Under the pieces are notes generated by a model. It saw only the letters and a program-made list of their open reading frames with translations. It was not told where the DNA came from and made no database searches. A stretch of 56,633 bases of DNA, the filler included, from Circinaria calcarea (Eukaryota): the NCBI GenBank assembly GCA_051942165.1. It is 6 parts of 6 records of this genome, joined end to end, with 100 filler letters (N's around TTAATTAATTAA, not from the genome) between each part and the next. Parts side by side here need not be neighbours in the genome. Positions count along the whole stretch, not along the records: positions 1 to 9,400 come from JAVECS010000945.1; positions 9,501 to 18,882 come from JAVECS010000946.1; 4 more parts are not named here. The stretch is one strand, 5' to 3'. Shown one piece after another: positions 1 through 12,253 of this stretch. Every line of letters begins with the position of its first letter. The stretch's first letter is position 1. Both the position numbers and the translations under genes were made by a program.

Positions 1-842
1 GGTGCCGTAAGCATCTGGCTGCTGACCAACACAACTTTTATCATGCAGCCTACAACGGCACCCGGATTAACAAAATCGCAACTACAGAACCTGCTCTCCT
101 GCGATTACGAAGTTGAAACAAAGTAACATCACGTATGGTAAGTTGAATCTTCCTTATTCTTATCTATTCGAAAACCAAAGGTAAAAGCATTTGATTATAT
201 TCCTCATAGATTACTTTATCAGACAGTATCCTACCTATTTGGACAGCTACAAGGCAATGAACCCGCCTACCAATGTCTCCGACTACCAGCTTGGAGGTCG
301 GTTAATTCCGCGCTCGCTCGTCGAATCAAATCCCCTGGGGTTAGCAGCGGCGCTTCGGTGTATAAAGAACAACGGGGGCATCGTCTCGGGTGTTTCTATC
401 ACTGTATCCCAGAAAGCTAAAACTGCTGCCAACTCTGTAAACCCAAATTGGCGTGATATAGTGTTTGACACAGTGCTCGGCACGTAAGTTCACCAACGGC
501 TACAAGTCGATTATCAAACTTCCCAATATTATTGGTTACTTACCATATGACTGCAGACCCTAGAGTACTACGGAGTGGGATCAGAATCTTGCCGACCAGC
601 ATTTGATGACGGACACACTGCTTCCGCAGTTGGAAAAGCTAACTCCTGGCGGTGGCGCGTACATTAATGAAGCTGATTTCCGCCAACCGGATTTCTAGCA
701 CGTATTTTACGGAAGTAATTATCAGGCTCTAAATGCAATCAAAAATAAATACGACCCTGATCATACATTTTACGCCCTCACAGCGGTAGGGAGTGAATAT
801 TGGACAGAAGGGGGCGATGGAAAACTATGTAGTTCAGGGTAA
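1..842 (+). pseudogene. FAD-linked oxidoreductase, berberine-bridge-enzyme (BBE)-type C-terminus; 5' part outside window; disrupted
   Basis: Spliced reading gives LGGRLIPRS...SVNPNWR...GGGAYINEADFRQPDF*HVFYGSNY...IKNKYDPDHTFY...VGSEYW...GKLC, the typical fungal BBE tail. In-frame TAG at 561-563 (TP*S) and 696-698 (PDF*H), plus an apparent frameshift near 95-100. Terminal TAA at 840-842. Confidence 0.85.
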
Positions 843-1048
843 AAATCCTGGACAATATATTAGCTTATTACTGCCTAGTAACTAAACTCGTACTTTCTTG
901 TAAAATAATGCATGTGAACCTTTTTCTCCCCCGTAAAATATATATAATCTCTGATAATATTTTCCTGCCTTGGGTTTTCAACCCTTGGACCTCAAACAAT
1001 CTTTATAATTTTAACTTCAACAGAAGAAACGAGAGGAATAAAACAATC

Positions 1049-2240
1049 ATGAGGCCACCGTTTCCATCACCCACACCCACCTGGCACAATGAAACTTATT
1101 CAGCCATCTCGCCTTCCCGCCCTGAACTGAGCGTTGCTGGCAAAACTGTCGTTGTAACCGGCGCGGTAGGATTCTCATTTTTTCCTTTCTAGAAGGAAGC
1201 CAAAGCAATAAGACAACTCCTGCTGATAGGGTCAAAAGGGAAGCGGCATCGGCCGTGAAACCGCTTTTGCTTTCGTGAATGCCGGCGCAAAGCAAATCGC
1301 CCTCCTTGGTCGAAACGAGCAAAACCTCATGGAAACGAAAAACCAGCTGTCGTCAAATAACACCAGCTGCTCAACCTACACCGTAGATGTTGTCGACGAG
1401 AAAGTGCTGAAGGACGTTGCCGCTGCCGTGGGGACCTGGGACGTTCTGATCCTCAGTGCCGGGTTTGTTTCGAGTCCCGCCTCGATCGCGGAGACAGCTG
1501 GGGATGACTGGTGGCAGAACTTCGAGGTGCGTTTTGTGCTCGTCCTTGGCATCCCCGACGGGATAGAATGCCAAGGTCTAGTCTCGGCAACCTGAACCGA
1601 CGCGGCTGGACTAACTTGCCCTCGCCCAGATTAACGTCAAGGGCACGATGACAACGGCAAGAGCCTTCCTACCCACCGCCAACCCATCTCATGCCGCGGT
1701 CCTCGGAGTGACGACTGGCGTGAGCGCTCTTCCGCCAGCGATGCTACCGGGGCTCTCGGCATATATTAGTTCGAAGCTGGCGCAGGTCAAGTTCCTAGAG
1801 TTTTTGGGAGCGGAGAATCCTAATCTCTTCGTGGCGAGTGTGCATCCGGGCATGGTTGACACGACCATCTTTCGAAAGAGCGGGGCACAGCCGGACGCTT
1901 TGCCAATGGACAAAGGTTCGTCATGTTCGGCTCTCGACCAGTTTTCGCTTCCCCATCCGCCTCCCAACCCCCCGCTTCTAAGTTTCTCTTCAATCTCAGT
2001 TCTACAGATGATCCTCTAGTATCTCGAATGATGGTCAACACTGACATTGGCCTGCTTACAGTCCAACTTCCCGCACACTTTATGGTATGGCTGGTCAGCC
2101 CTGAAGCCGCCTTCTTGAAAGGAAGATTGGTATGGGCGAACTGGGACGTTGACGAGCTGAAGTCACAGGCTCAGGAAATCCAGTCCGGACAGCAGATGAC
2201 GGCTGGGATTGTGGGCTGGCCGTACCCACATGTGGGTTAA
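1049..2240 (+). CDS. Short-chain dehydrogenase/reductase (SDR), 4 exons
   Basis: MRPPFPSPTPTWHNETY...GKTVVVTGA|GSGIG (Rossmann motif split by an intron), catalytic YxxxK (AYISSK), VHPGMVDT, and C-terminal WLVSPEAAFLKGRLVWANWDVDEL. GT-AG introns join the ORF pieces. Confidence 0.9.
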
Positions 2241-2465
2241 ACGATGAATGAGACATCATGGAATAAGGACCTACAATTAACGGACGGCATGGTAGCCAGT
2301 TCTCACGATCACTAATTAAATCCACTTGAGTCTACACAGATCCCCGCCAATCCGAACAAATGGTACACAGGAGGAGCAGCAAAGTCCTTGTTATCGAGCC
2401 TTCACGTCATAGGTCTCCAGGGAACCCGGCTGATATTAGTATCTACCGGCTACTTCTCCCCTTAT

Positions 2466-2503
2466 CCCATTCCATTCCATCCCATCCCATCCCATTCCCA
2501 TCC
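2466..2503. repeat. Imperfect (CCCAT/CCATT)n microsatellite
   Basis: cccattccattccatcccatcccatcccattcccatcc read directly. Confidence 0.7.
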
Positions 2504-2943
2504 TAGCCCTGTCCTCTCCTCCCTCCTTTCACTTCCCTCATAGTTAAAAATCCTACACACCTACCTCGCAATTTATACCTCGGGGAGAAATGGTACATCA
2601 TAGTTGTCGAAGACTGGAGCGGGAGCGCCGATATTTCCCTTGAAAATTTTTTTTATTTCGCAAGGAGCGGCCTCAATGTGCCGTCCCTGTCCCCGGACGC
2701 CGAACGTTCAATTCGTGGGCTCTTATAGTAGTTGATATTAACTGTGATGTGATTCTATTAAGGGTTTTTGAAAAGTGGGTACCTGGGGCTAAAAATAAAT
2801 ATTTTCCAAGTTTCCATTTTCGTTACATGTACCGCTTGCTTTTTCGCAGATGGATTGATTTAATTTGATTCCATTTCGTGTCTTATTTATTTTAAACCTT
2901 GGAGATATGCCATTAGATCCTTATAGCAGCCGCGCGAGGTAAG

Positions 2944-4391
2944 CTTCCCAACCTTTCGCTAGTCACGTCGCGTCGCGTCAAAGCGACCCATCAAGCCCCG
3001 TCGTCGGCAGTGGAACCGCGGATTTTCAGCTAAAGGTTAGTAGTATAGTAAGAGAAACTTCAGGAGATAGCATGCTAATAGTTTCATATCCAGCCCTGAT
3101 GCAATACGAAAATACAACACTCAAATACATCGATCAGCTGGACCGCTGTATCGAAGCCGATGCCGTAGCACACAGATTTTCAGACGCTACCGATCTTTTC
3201 TACTGGCTCGGCTTCGATACGATGGGAGAGTTCGTTTTTAATAAATCTTTCGGTATGCTGCAAAACCAACAATGGCATTACATAATTCTGTTACTACAGC
3301 GTGCACTGTCTTTGCTGGGTCCATTTAGTCCGGCTCCATGGCTTGTGCAGGTGGGCTTCAAGCTATTGCCCCGAGTTGGTATCTTAAGAGACTGGTTTGA
3401 TATGGTTGCCTGGTGCGAGAAACAAATGCGGGAAAGAATTGAGGTAATTCCTCATGCCCTGTACTCATCCCACCGAGGTGTTCTGAAGTTTTTTTTCAGG
3501 CACCCAATGACAATATACGAGAGCCAGACGTGGCATATTATTTAATCGAAGACGCCAAGTTAAACGGATTCTCGAAAACAGATTGGATGTGGCTAAACGG
3601 AGACAGCCTACTGGTAATAGTAGCGGGAAGGTAAAAACTGTATATTATGTCCCCCCGGGTAAGCTTTTTTTTGGCTTACTTGTCATATATATTCGCAGCC
3701 AACCCACCGCGTCTGCCCTCGTGGGTATTTTCTACGAGCTGGCACGAAATCCCGATCACGCGCAAAAGATATACGATGAGGTTCAAAGCCTGGACGTGCA
3801 TGACGTGAAGCTTTTGTCGAAGCTTCCGCACCTCGATGGCTGTATCGCCGAGGCATTGCGCTTATATCCTGCCCTTCCTACCGGCGGTAACAGGAAAACA
3901 CCAGAGCATGGCGTTATGATCGGGGGAAGATATATCCCCCCGTATACGACGATTGTGGCTCCCCGCTTTTCGATCTCACGCCGTAAATGTTTTCTGGTGC
4001 CCATTGTAAATTACAAATCTAACAGATATTCTAGGAGAAGATTGCTTTGAGCGAGGTCGTGATTTCATTCCCGAGCGGTGGTATCAAAATCCAGAAATGG
4101 TCCGGAACAAGGCTGCTTACACTCCATTCGGCACAGGTTAGATCTCCCTCAATTTTTTTTTTCCGATAAGCTTTCATATTTGACTGGTTGTTTTTAGGTC
4201 ATCAAAGTTGTCTTGGACGCTTTCTGGCGTTGGACAATATGAGGCTCGTTACAGCAAGACTGGTTAAGAAGTATTATATAAGTTTTGCACCAGGCGAATC
4301 GGCCGATCGCGTAGTAAGCGACTTGAAAGATCAATTCACTTCGAACCCTGGCCGATTACGCCTAGTGTTCAGGCTGAGGGAGAAATTCTAG
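2944..4391 (+). pseudogene. Cytochrome P450, N-terminally truncated and frameshifted (probable pseudogene)
   Basis: Downstream exons splice in frame: RRRQWNRGFSAK|AL, FDTMGEFVF, I-helix AGSQPT, EALR (ExxR), PERW, heme motif PFGTGHQSCLG. Upstream, LPNLSLVTSR..KATH needs a 1-nt shift near 2992 to join KPRRRQW. No membrane-anchor exon is visible 5' of about 2940. Confidence 0.7.
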
Positions 4392-4558
4392 CTTTAGATC
4401 TTGAACAAACAGCATTATTCTGCCGCAACCACACCCCCAGCTCTTTCACCCAAAAGGTGATAAATTTCTTGCCAGGTTGTCGCCAGATATTCTGATGGGA
4501 TGTTAGGATTCCCCCTCCTCCACCACCAACACCCACATCCCCACTGCTCAGCCCATAA

Positions 4559-6772
4559 TTACGGCAACGCCATAAACACCGACAACATCTTCTGATAGTT
4601 CGGCGTCCCCAACCCCGTCACCGGGTCCCAGCCCGTCACAGCGGTAAAGCCTGGGGTGCCGCACCCCTGATTCCCACCGGACGTGATATCGTTCAGCATG
4701 CTTGGGTTGGCATAAAGCGTTGGATTCAAGAAGCCCACCGCGCTCTTTCCGCCGTTAACACGCTGTTCGTTGATGAGCGTGATGATGCTGCCAAGGGTCG
4801 GCGAGGAAGCCGAAGTGCCGTAGATCAGACTGATGGTGCCGTCCACAGCCACTACATAGTTGGCGCCGTTGGCGGAGATGTCCGGGTACCCGCGGACGGT
4901 CTGAGAATTGTTATACTGAGTGGCGGTGTAGGCGGGCTGGTGATTGGTAAAGTATGCTTTAACGGCCGAGGATTGGTACGAGGGCAAGGGAAAGACATTG
5001 CTGAACCCGCCACCGGAGTAAATGACGGTTTCGCAGGCTTCCTCGGGGGCTGTCACGCTGGCACCGGGAACGATTTGGGTGGCTCCCACCGATGTAACGT
5101 AGGGGCAGGTTCCAGGGAAGGAAGGGTTGAAGGTGCCTGTGGCACCGCTGTTGTAGGTACCGCCTGCGCATTTGGCTTTGGTGCAGCATTGACCACCATT
5201 GCCGGCAACGCCGTAATCGCCAGAGGAGTATAGAACACTGACACCAGCCTTCATGTACGGTAAGCATATAAATTTCAACCATCAGTTACTGTCAGACTAC
5301 TTACCAAGCCTAGTTTCATGTACTCGTAGCACTGACGTTGTTCATAGGCAGCACTCAAGTCCGCCTCATTATACCCGTATGAAGTGGAGATAACAGACGC
5401 AGGAGCATATCTGCCACAGTCCTTGCTTTTATACCCACCGGGGCTAGGATCAGGATAGGGAGAATCACTACCGTGGTGTCAGCCTATATCGTTGCTCTAC
5501 GGTAGTCTCACCAATCTACTTACTAGACTGCGCTGTCCCCACCCAAGTATGTACAGTAAGAAGCGTCCAATGCGTCGAGGAAGTTGTTAAAGGAAGCACT
5601 CTCAACCAGATCACCGGTTTGATACAGCGTTACCTTTTGAGGGTATACTAAAGGAGTTGTATATTTAGCCGCCAAAAAGGTCAAACAGTTGAAGTTCTCA
5701 AAATGGTAGTGCCGCTAGATGGACGTACCTAGTGCGATTGCATACTCCAAGTCAAGATCCGATTCTCCGTTGTTACTGAAGCTCTGGGTGGTTGTCTGAG
5801 CCACACCGCCATCGATAGAGGCGAAGATAGGTGCTGTTCCTGAGGGAATCTCACGGGCCAAGTTTGAGTAGAACAGGTTGAGGTCAGGCTGCAAAAATGC
5901 CTGTGGTGTGTATTCGACGATACCATATGAGGACTTGGCCAAAGTGCCGTTGGGAAAGTTGTACAGCGCGCGTAGACAGTCAGGCGTGATGTATTGGTTG
6001 CAATTTGCAAGGGTATACGAGACAAGGGGTGAAGCGGCATTGGGACTCGCAATCACTCTGCCCTTCTTCGGTTGCCAGGCGGTGTTGTCTGGGCTTCCAG
6101 GCTGCAAAAAAGAAGTATCACGCTTCACTTTGTCTTGACTCGGATCTGACACGATCTTGGTATCGAAATGGACTGTGGGCATAATCATGTCAACGTGCTG
6201 TCGAAGCGCCTGGGGAACGCTATATTCATCGCAGGCGAGATGGCCTTGACCAGATCCTTCATGTGCATAGTACTTGTATTTTGTATGCAACAGAGATTCG
6301 ACTTCGGCGATGCTGGCATTAAAGTGTAGCCAATTCCTTCCGTGGGTAAGAGACACGCGTGATGGGTCAATGCCAGATGCTGTGAGCCATGTTCGGATAG
6401 CATCAACCGATTCTGCAGAGGGTGCAAAGGTTTCGGCAATCTATCCATATGTCAGTAAAGGTAGGAGAGGGTACTATGATTCCAATCCAAGTATGGACAT
6501 GGCAATACCTGTTCGGCAGTCCAATGTTTTCCGTAGTTCTCGCTTGATGGGTCAGAGATATCCATTAGGAAATCATGACCCTTGTCGAGGTTATTTTGCG
6601 TAATGCCTATGCGAACGGGAAGTGTGATACGTCCGTCGGGCTTAATGCGGGCAACCTCAGACCAACTGGAAGAGCTACTACGCCTCTCGTGAACCACATG
6701 AGGAACGGAAGCGGGTAGAGCTACAGTACAAACAGCAAGGGCACCAATAACGGTAACGAAGGAGAACCTCAT
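4559..6772 (-). CDS. Secreted S53 serine-carboxyl peptidase (sedolisin / tripeptidyl-peptidase-like), multi-exon
   Basis: Signal peptide MRFSFVTVIGALAVCTVA, prodomain HVVHERR...ISDPSSENYGKHW, catalytic GESDLD, oxyanion SSGDYG, nucleophile GTSASSP, Ca-site WDPVTGLGTP. Confidence 0.95.
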
Positions 6773-9400
6773 CTTCAGGGTTGCAGCAGAATAGTCAAAG
6801 GCAAGGATGGCTGGGAGACAACGTTCTTCAAAGGGGAGATGGCCAGTTCATATATTCTTGCCCGGTAAGGTGAAGGACTGCCAGGAAGCTGCGGAGACCA
6901 CACCTGGAAGAGCCAAATCCTCCGTGGACACTGACTGCATCCTGGACAAGCGACCACCGCCCCATGGGATCTTGGGGAAGCAATAGGAAGGTCAGCAGGA
7001 AGTGTTGGAAGGTGTTGGAGCTTCGGCCGATCTCCACAAGCCAGTGCGGTAGGGCGATCGAATGGACATGTGTTCTGAAAGGAAGGAGGCCCGTTGAGTC
7101 AACCCCATGCGGGTGTACCTTGAGGGAAACGGGTAGGGAGATCCTTAGCAAACCAATCTCGAATAACGGGCATTCACACGAAAAAGGTGTCTTCACAAAC
7201 GAAGGGGTGGGATCAGATCAGGCACACAACGCAATCATTCGGTGGGTGGGTGATATTGACCGAAACGGTTAGTCAAAAATTGGGCTTGCTGCATGAATGA
7301 TAGTAAACGATGAATTAGGATTCGGGGACGGCGATGAGAAACGAAAAGTCCTTCCACTTTCACTTTGAAGCCCGACGCATAGATAGGCTCTGCAGGAAGA
7401 GGAAGCTGCCTCTTTCAGCTCATAGATGTTGTGATAACTCGGGGGTCGGCCAGAATAGATTACCGGAGCCGGAGAGGCGAGGCCGAAGATAAGACACTCG
7501 GTTCGCCTATCATCCTTTTGCTCTATGTTCCCGGGTTGGAGGGGCATTTCGGCTGGCTATCCGAGATCATGGACGGCTTTCCCTTGATCACAGTCATTGA
7601 ACGTTTGGGGGACTGTCCGATTGGTCGAGCTACTTGGGCCTGTGTTACCCCCCACCTTCCATCAGGTGTCTGCATCACAAGATGAAGGGAGGGCCAATCT
7701 CGTGGTCCGTAACTCGGTAGCATCGCATTTTGCAGGCTTTGGTCTGTATGGGGATGCAATGAACCATCATCAAGTGCGTCGGAAGATGGCTTTTTCCGCC
7801 GCTAGCGAGAGTTCGGACTCAGCTCCGTGTGGTGACTGACCTCGTTCTGGTGTCAATGACGTAACAGGTAAATGGAAGTAGAAGCGGGAGAGAGCGGGAG
7901 AGTGCGGGAGGTCCCGCTCGCTCGAAGCATCGCCCTGTGCCACCATCCTCCTGCGACTGTAATCGCCACCCTTCAGACCCTTCATGGACGTGTGCTGCCT
8001 CTCGCCGAGTGTCGTTAGGTTTCACCATAGAATTTGATATGTAGACCCGTGGGGTGTCTCGGATATTGTACGGGCTAGGGATTGGCCTCAGGGCCGTCTT
8101 TCACTAATGAATTCTCTCGGGCAGCATCTATCTTCTCCCACGCGTATCATTTCGGAATCCCAAGGGAGGACCAATTTCCCGGTATGGGGTTTCCTGGTAG
8201 CTGTCAAATAACCTCAACCACAGCGATTCAGGACATCCTCGAGTTCTATAGTCCGGATTTACTACAAGGATCCACGGACAGTGAGTGGTGCTTTCGGGAG
8301 TCTTTCCCCAAAAGTCATTTCACAGCGAACAGGAGCTTTAGAAGAACGGGTATGGGCGGAAAAGCTGGGAAAGGCTTGCAGCTTGAGCCTTTTTACAAGG
8401 ATCAATTAAAACTAACTATTACAGATAAGAGAACAATTTGAAGGCCTTGCAGAGTTTCTGACCATAGATGAAAAAAGCGACTCTAGCATTAGACCAAGAA
8501 TTAAAGAATGTTTCTAAAGCTACAATACAACCTCTAAGTCAAACGAAGATGACTGAGTCCACTGTTACGCAGGAACCTCTATCCGTTCTCGTACCGCAGA
8601 CCTGACAGAGAGTCCAGCATAAGCTTTACACCTTCATTTAGCCACCTCATACAATAGATCCTCGCAGGAATTGGACAGGTCCTCATTACGTAGCCTGGAG
8701 CCACAATGCCAAGGAAATCAAGAAAACCCTCCACCGCGCGGACATAAACAGTAAAGACGACACCGACTGGACCGCCCCCCACCTCGCCTGTACATCCGAG
8801 GACTCGTGTCGAAATGCGGACTCAGCATGTTCTCCGGCTTCGGCCGCCCACTCTACAACCGCTATAAATGGTATTCCGGGCGCGCTCCCTCCAGCCTAGG
8901 GAACAAAAACGAAATAACGCAGTTGCGGGGTGTAGGTTGAAATACTCCTTGCGCAGCGGGGCGGATCCGAACGCTAGCACGGGGAGGGGTGATTCCGCTG
9001 CACCCTTGCATTGAACGGCCAATAGCGGGTAAACCAAGACTGTGAGGGTGCTTGTGGAGGCGGGTGCGACTGTGTATACTGGTTCGGACCACTCACCATT
9101 TTGCTGAGCAAAGGATGGATCTGGGAGTAATCTCCCATCGGCAGTTCTTCTACGAGATCGTCTGGGACCGAGCGGGATGGAAGGGATCGAGGCGGATCAT
9201 AGGCGGGGTCAGTGAAGCAAGATGGATTGAAGGGGGAAGAGAGGGAATAAGAAAGCCAGAAAATCTTCAAGAAGGAGTAAAGTAGATTTTGGGATTTCCT
9301 TAACCTTTGTCAATTTTTCATAAAATTTAAATATAGAAAAGACTATCTATCGTACGGACTTCTTTCTACTCTTCTGGGAAAAAATAATCCTCATTCGAGT

Positions 9401-9500
9401 NNNNNNNNNNNNNNNNNNNNNNNNNNNNNNNNNNNNNNNNNNNNTTAATTAATTAANNNNNNNNNNNNNNNNNNNNNNNNNNNNNNNNNNNNNNNNNNNN
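9401..9500. other. Artificial contig-joining spacer (N44-TTAATTAATTAA-N44)
   Basis: Identical 100-nt spacer carrying stops in all six frames; occurs five times in the window. Confidence 0.98.
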
Positions 9501-10246
9501 CATCGGTTCCGTCACCTCAAACGGACACCCGTGAGGGTAGAACGGCTGGCGTTCGTCACTGGGGATCTTATCTTTGGCCACGTAGTGCTGCCCCATCACT
9601 TCCTTTTCCGCTTCCGCCTCGTACGCGTGAAAACAGGCCCAGTACACAAAAAACCCCTTGAGGCCGCGCTCGCGGAGGATCCGCATCGGCTCGACGATGG
9701 CTCTGTAGGCATTTAACACGTGGGCAAGATCCTCTTCCCGCGCGTTTTGCTCTTCGTAGATGGTGTAGCCGGGCCCGGCATCGAGAGAGAGGATGAGGTT
9801 CTCGAGTTGGAGATTCATGGCGATGAAGTTTATGAGGTCGGCCCACTCGGCTTTCCAGGGTTTGCCGGGCTTGGTCTAGTCTTCGATTTCTTGCGGCATG
9901 AACTTGGAAGTCGAGGGCACGGATATGTCTGACCAGAGATCCTTGAGCGCGGAGGAAGGCAAGGGATTGAGTGGGTGAGCCCCTGAGGACCAGCCGATTC
10001 CGGGAGAGGAGGATGAAGCGAGCGTCGTCGTCCCAAGGTCGGCCCCAGAAGAAGGAGATTGGTCGGTAAGGGGCGGCAGTTACAGTTGGAAGCATCGTGC
10101 CAGTTGATGTCGTGCTCAACCGGGTAGGTGATTTCGCCATCCTTGATGTGAATTCCAGGAATCGAGTCACTGTCGGAAGGGTGGGAAACCAGGTCCGTAT
10201 TGGCCAGGATTTGCTGACTGACTTCTCGAGGTAGTGGAGAAGGCAT
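9501..10246 (-). pseudogene. Hypothetical protein with F-box-like N-terminus; disrupted; runs off contig end
   Basis: MPSPLPREVSQQILANTDLV... continues through a frameshift near 10030 (PTNLLLLGPTL/DDARFILLSRNRLVL), a second frameshift near 9905 (HIRALDFQ/FMPQEIED) and an in-frame TAG at 9878-9876 (ED*TKPGKPWKAEWADLINFIAMNLQLENL). Confidence 0.65.
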
Positions 10247-10784
10247 TTATAGACTAGAAAATTGTGGAAACTAGGACCGAAAGATACATTTATCGAGACG
10301 GCTTGGAAGAAGATGCTGATTTGGAGGTGGTAAGATGCTTAGGAAGCAGTCTAGGATGGGATAATGTCTTGATAATATAACCAAAGAAATGGGAGATATG
10401 TGGCTGAGTATGAGAAGGGGTTTCCAGTCCGCTTTCGTCCATCTTTTCAACTTGCCGTGTTTGCCTAGTTACACTGTTAGAATTAACATTCTGTTAGAAT
10501 GTGCAATCATGGCACGGTGCAAATGCATTGACGTCAATATGAATTGGCAGTTATCCATATATTCTATGAAGAAAAAGTGACAATGTGGGAATAGCCTCTA
10601 TATACCATAATCGTAGAGACAGTAGTATTCGCGCAAATAGCATGGGTAATGGAACCCTAAACCCTGGATATTCCATATACGTACTATGTATGCGCTAAGC
10701 CATAATAGCTTGAATCAAATAATATGGGGCTGAATCGTGACACGGGCAACTAGCTTACCTAATAAAAATCCAGAACCCAGTTTA

Positions 10785-12253
10785 CTACCCCTTATGCGCT
10801 TCGTCCGGTTGAATCTCTTTGTGCACTTTAATCGCCCCATCGCACCTTTCCAAATCCTGCAGCTCCACCTGCTCTACTCTCTCAGACTTGCATTGCGCGC
10901 TCAGTGTCGAGGCCTCGTCGCTGATCTTGCGAAACGCGACCGTGCTCGCCATGGCGTCCTGGCCGTGTTTCGCCCGGTACGGATTCGAATGGTCAGAGCG
11001 TTTGTTACTCCCCTCGGAGCCAACGCTACTGGCAAGACTGAAGACGCTGCGGATGGAGCCGAAAAGGGATTCGGGGGACATGCCCTGGAAGATTGGGCGG
11101 AGGAGGGGGAGGCAGGCGCAGACAACGGAGAGACAGCATTCAGGGACGGTCCAGTAAAAAAGGGGCGCTTCGTCATCTGAGCCGAGACGATTGATGACAT
11201 TAGCTTTCCTGCGTTGATTATCGGGGAGTACCACTCTTATTGGGCTTCTGCTGACCCCAGCGAAGAAACGTACAGGTGAGATCGTGATTTTTAGCTATCA
11301 GGGCACCGACTGTGAAAAACCTATGGCATTTGCCGATGCTGGTCGCGACGACTCTATATTCAAGATCAGCTTCTGCTACTTGTAATCTTGACTGGGTCTA
11401 ATAGATGTAGATTCTTCCACGAGAGGCGTATGAGACGTACATGACACCGAGCATGAAAATGCCTAGGACCGCAATCTTTTGTTTCGCTGCCATTTGCAAG
11501 CGCCACACAATTGGCCAGGGCATGGCCAAGACAATAACATCGAGTATGATAGTCGAGACCGCATAGTAATAGTTCACAGAATCACCAATACAGTGCTGTC
11601 GTTTACTTTGCTGGACCTCCCAAAGTTCGCTTGGAGGTACGCACTGGACCAGGTAGGTAAGGGTAAAGCCAATTCCCCACAACCCGTTTAACGTATACAT
11701 GAGGTATACCGGAATGCGAAAGGCGCGGTTCGTAAAGATTCGAGCGTAGAATAAAAGAATCGAAAATCGAGCGAGACAAACGGCTACCGTCACGATTGTT
11801 TGCGAAGCATAAGCCATCTAGAATCGCAGATGTCTCGTCAGCTCTCAGATGAAGTCTTTGGGATTTTCAACGTACCTTTTCCAATGCGGTAAGCTTAGGG
11901 CCCATTTCTGCGAATCCCGCACGATCCAGGGGCATGTGTTTGCCCAGATTAGCATGGATGGCTCCTGGAAAGTAACTATCAGTAAGACTGCATCATAATG
12001 ATAACACGGAAGATAGCAACCATAAAGCACATTTGCAGCATTCCCTATTGCGAAAAGCTGTTGATATCAGTCAAAGTACTCTATAAGCGGACGGGGAAAG
12101 AATGCAATGTACCAAAGCTACCAGAATAATCCAGTCATCAGCAGCGTATAACGTCTTATTGATCCGTCTGGCATAGAAACGTGCAATCACTGAGAGTAGG
12201 GCAAGAATGGGAAATATAGTACACAAAGCTAGAGCAGTGGAATCTACACCCAT
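10785..12253 (-). CDS. Pth11-like (fungal rhodopsin-domain) integral membrane protein, no CFEM domain, multi-exon
   Basis: MGVDSTALALCTIFPILALLSVIARFYARR..AADDWIILVAL; ARFSILLFYARIF; QCVPPSELW; STIILDVIVLAMPWPIVWRLQM..KQKIAVLGIFMLG; WTVPECCLSVVCACLPLLRP. These are the hallmark motifs of the family. Confidence 0.92.

Noticed and set aside
4559..6772. S53 peptidase as the RiPP maturation protease
   Set aside because: It is on a different contig, across an artificial spacer; no linkage evidence.
6800..9400. Many short ORFs upstream of the S53 gene
   Set aside because: No domain motifs or consistent splice model; treated as intergenic or unresolved.
9445..9456. Repeated TTAATTAATTAA palindrome as a regulatory site or CRISPR-like repeat
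   Set aside because: Always centred in N-runs; it is an assembly linker.
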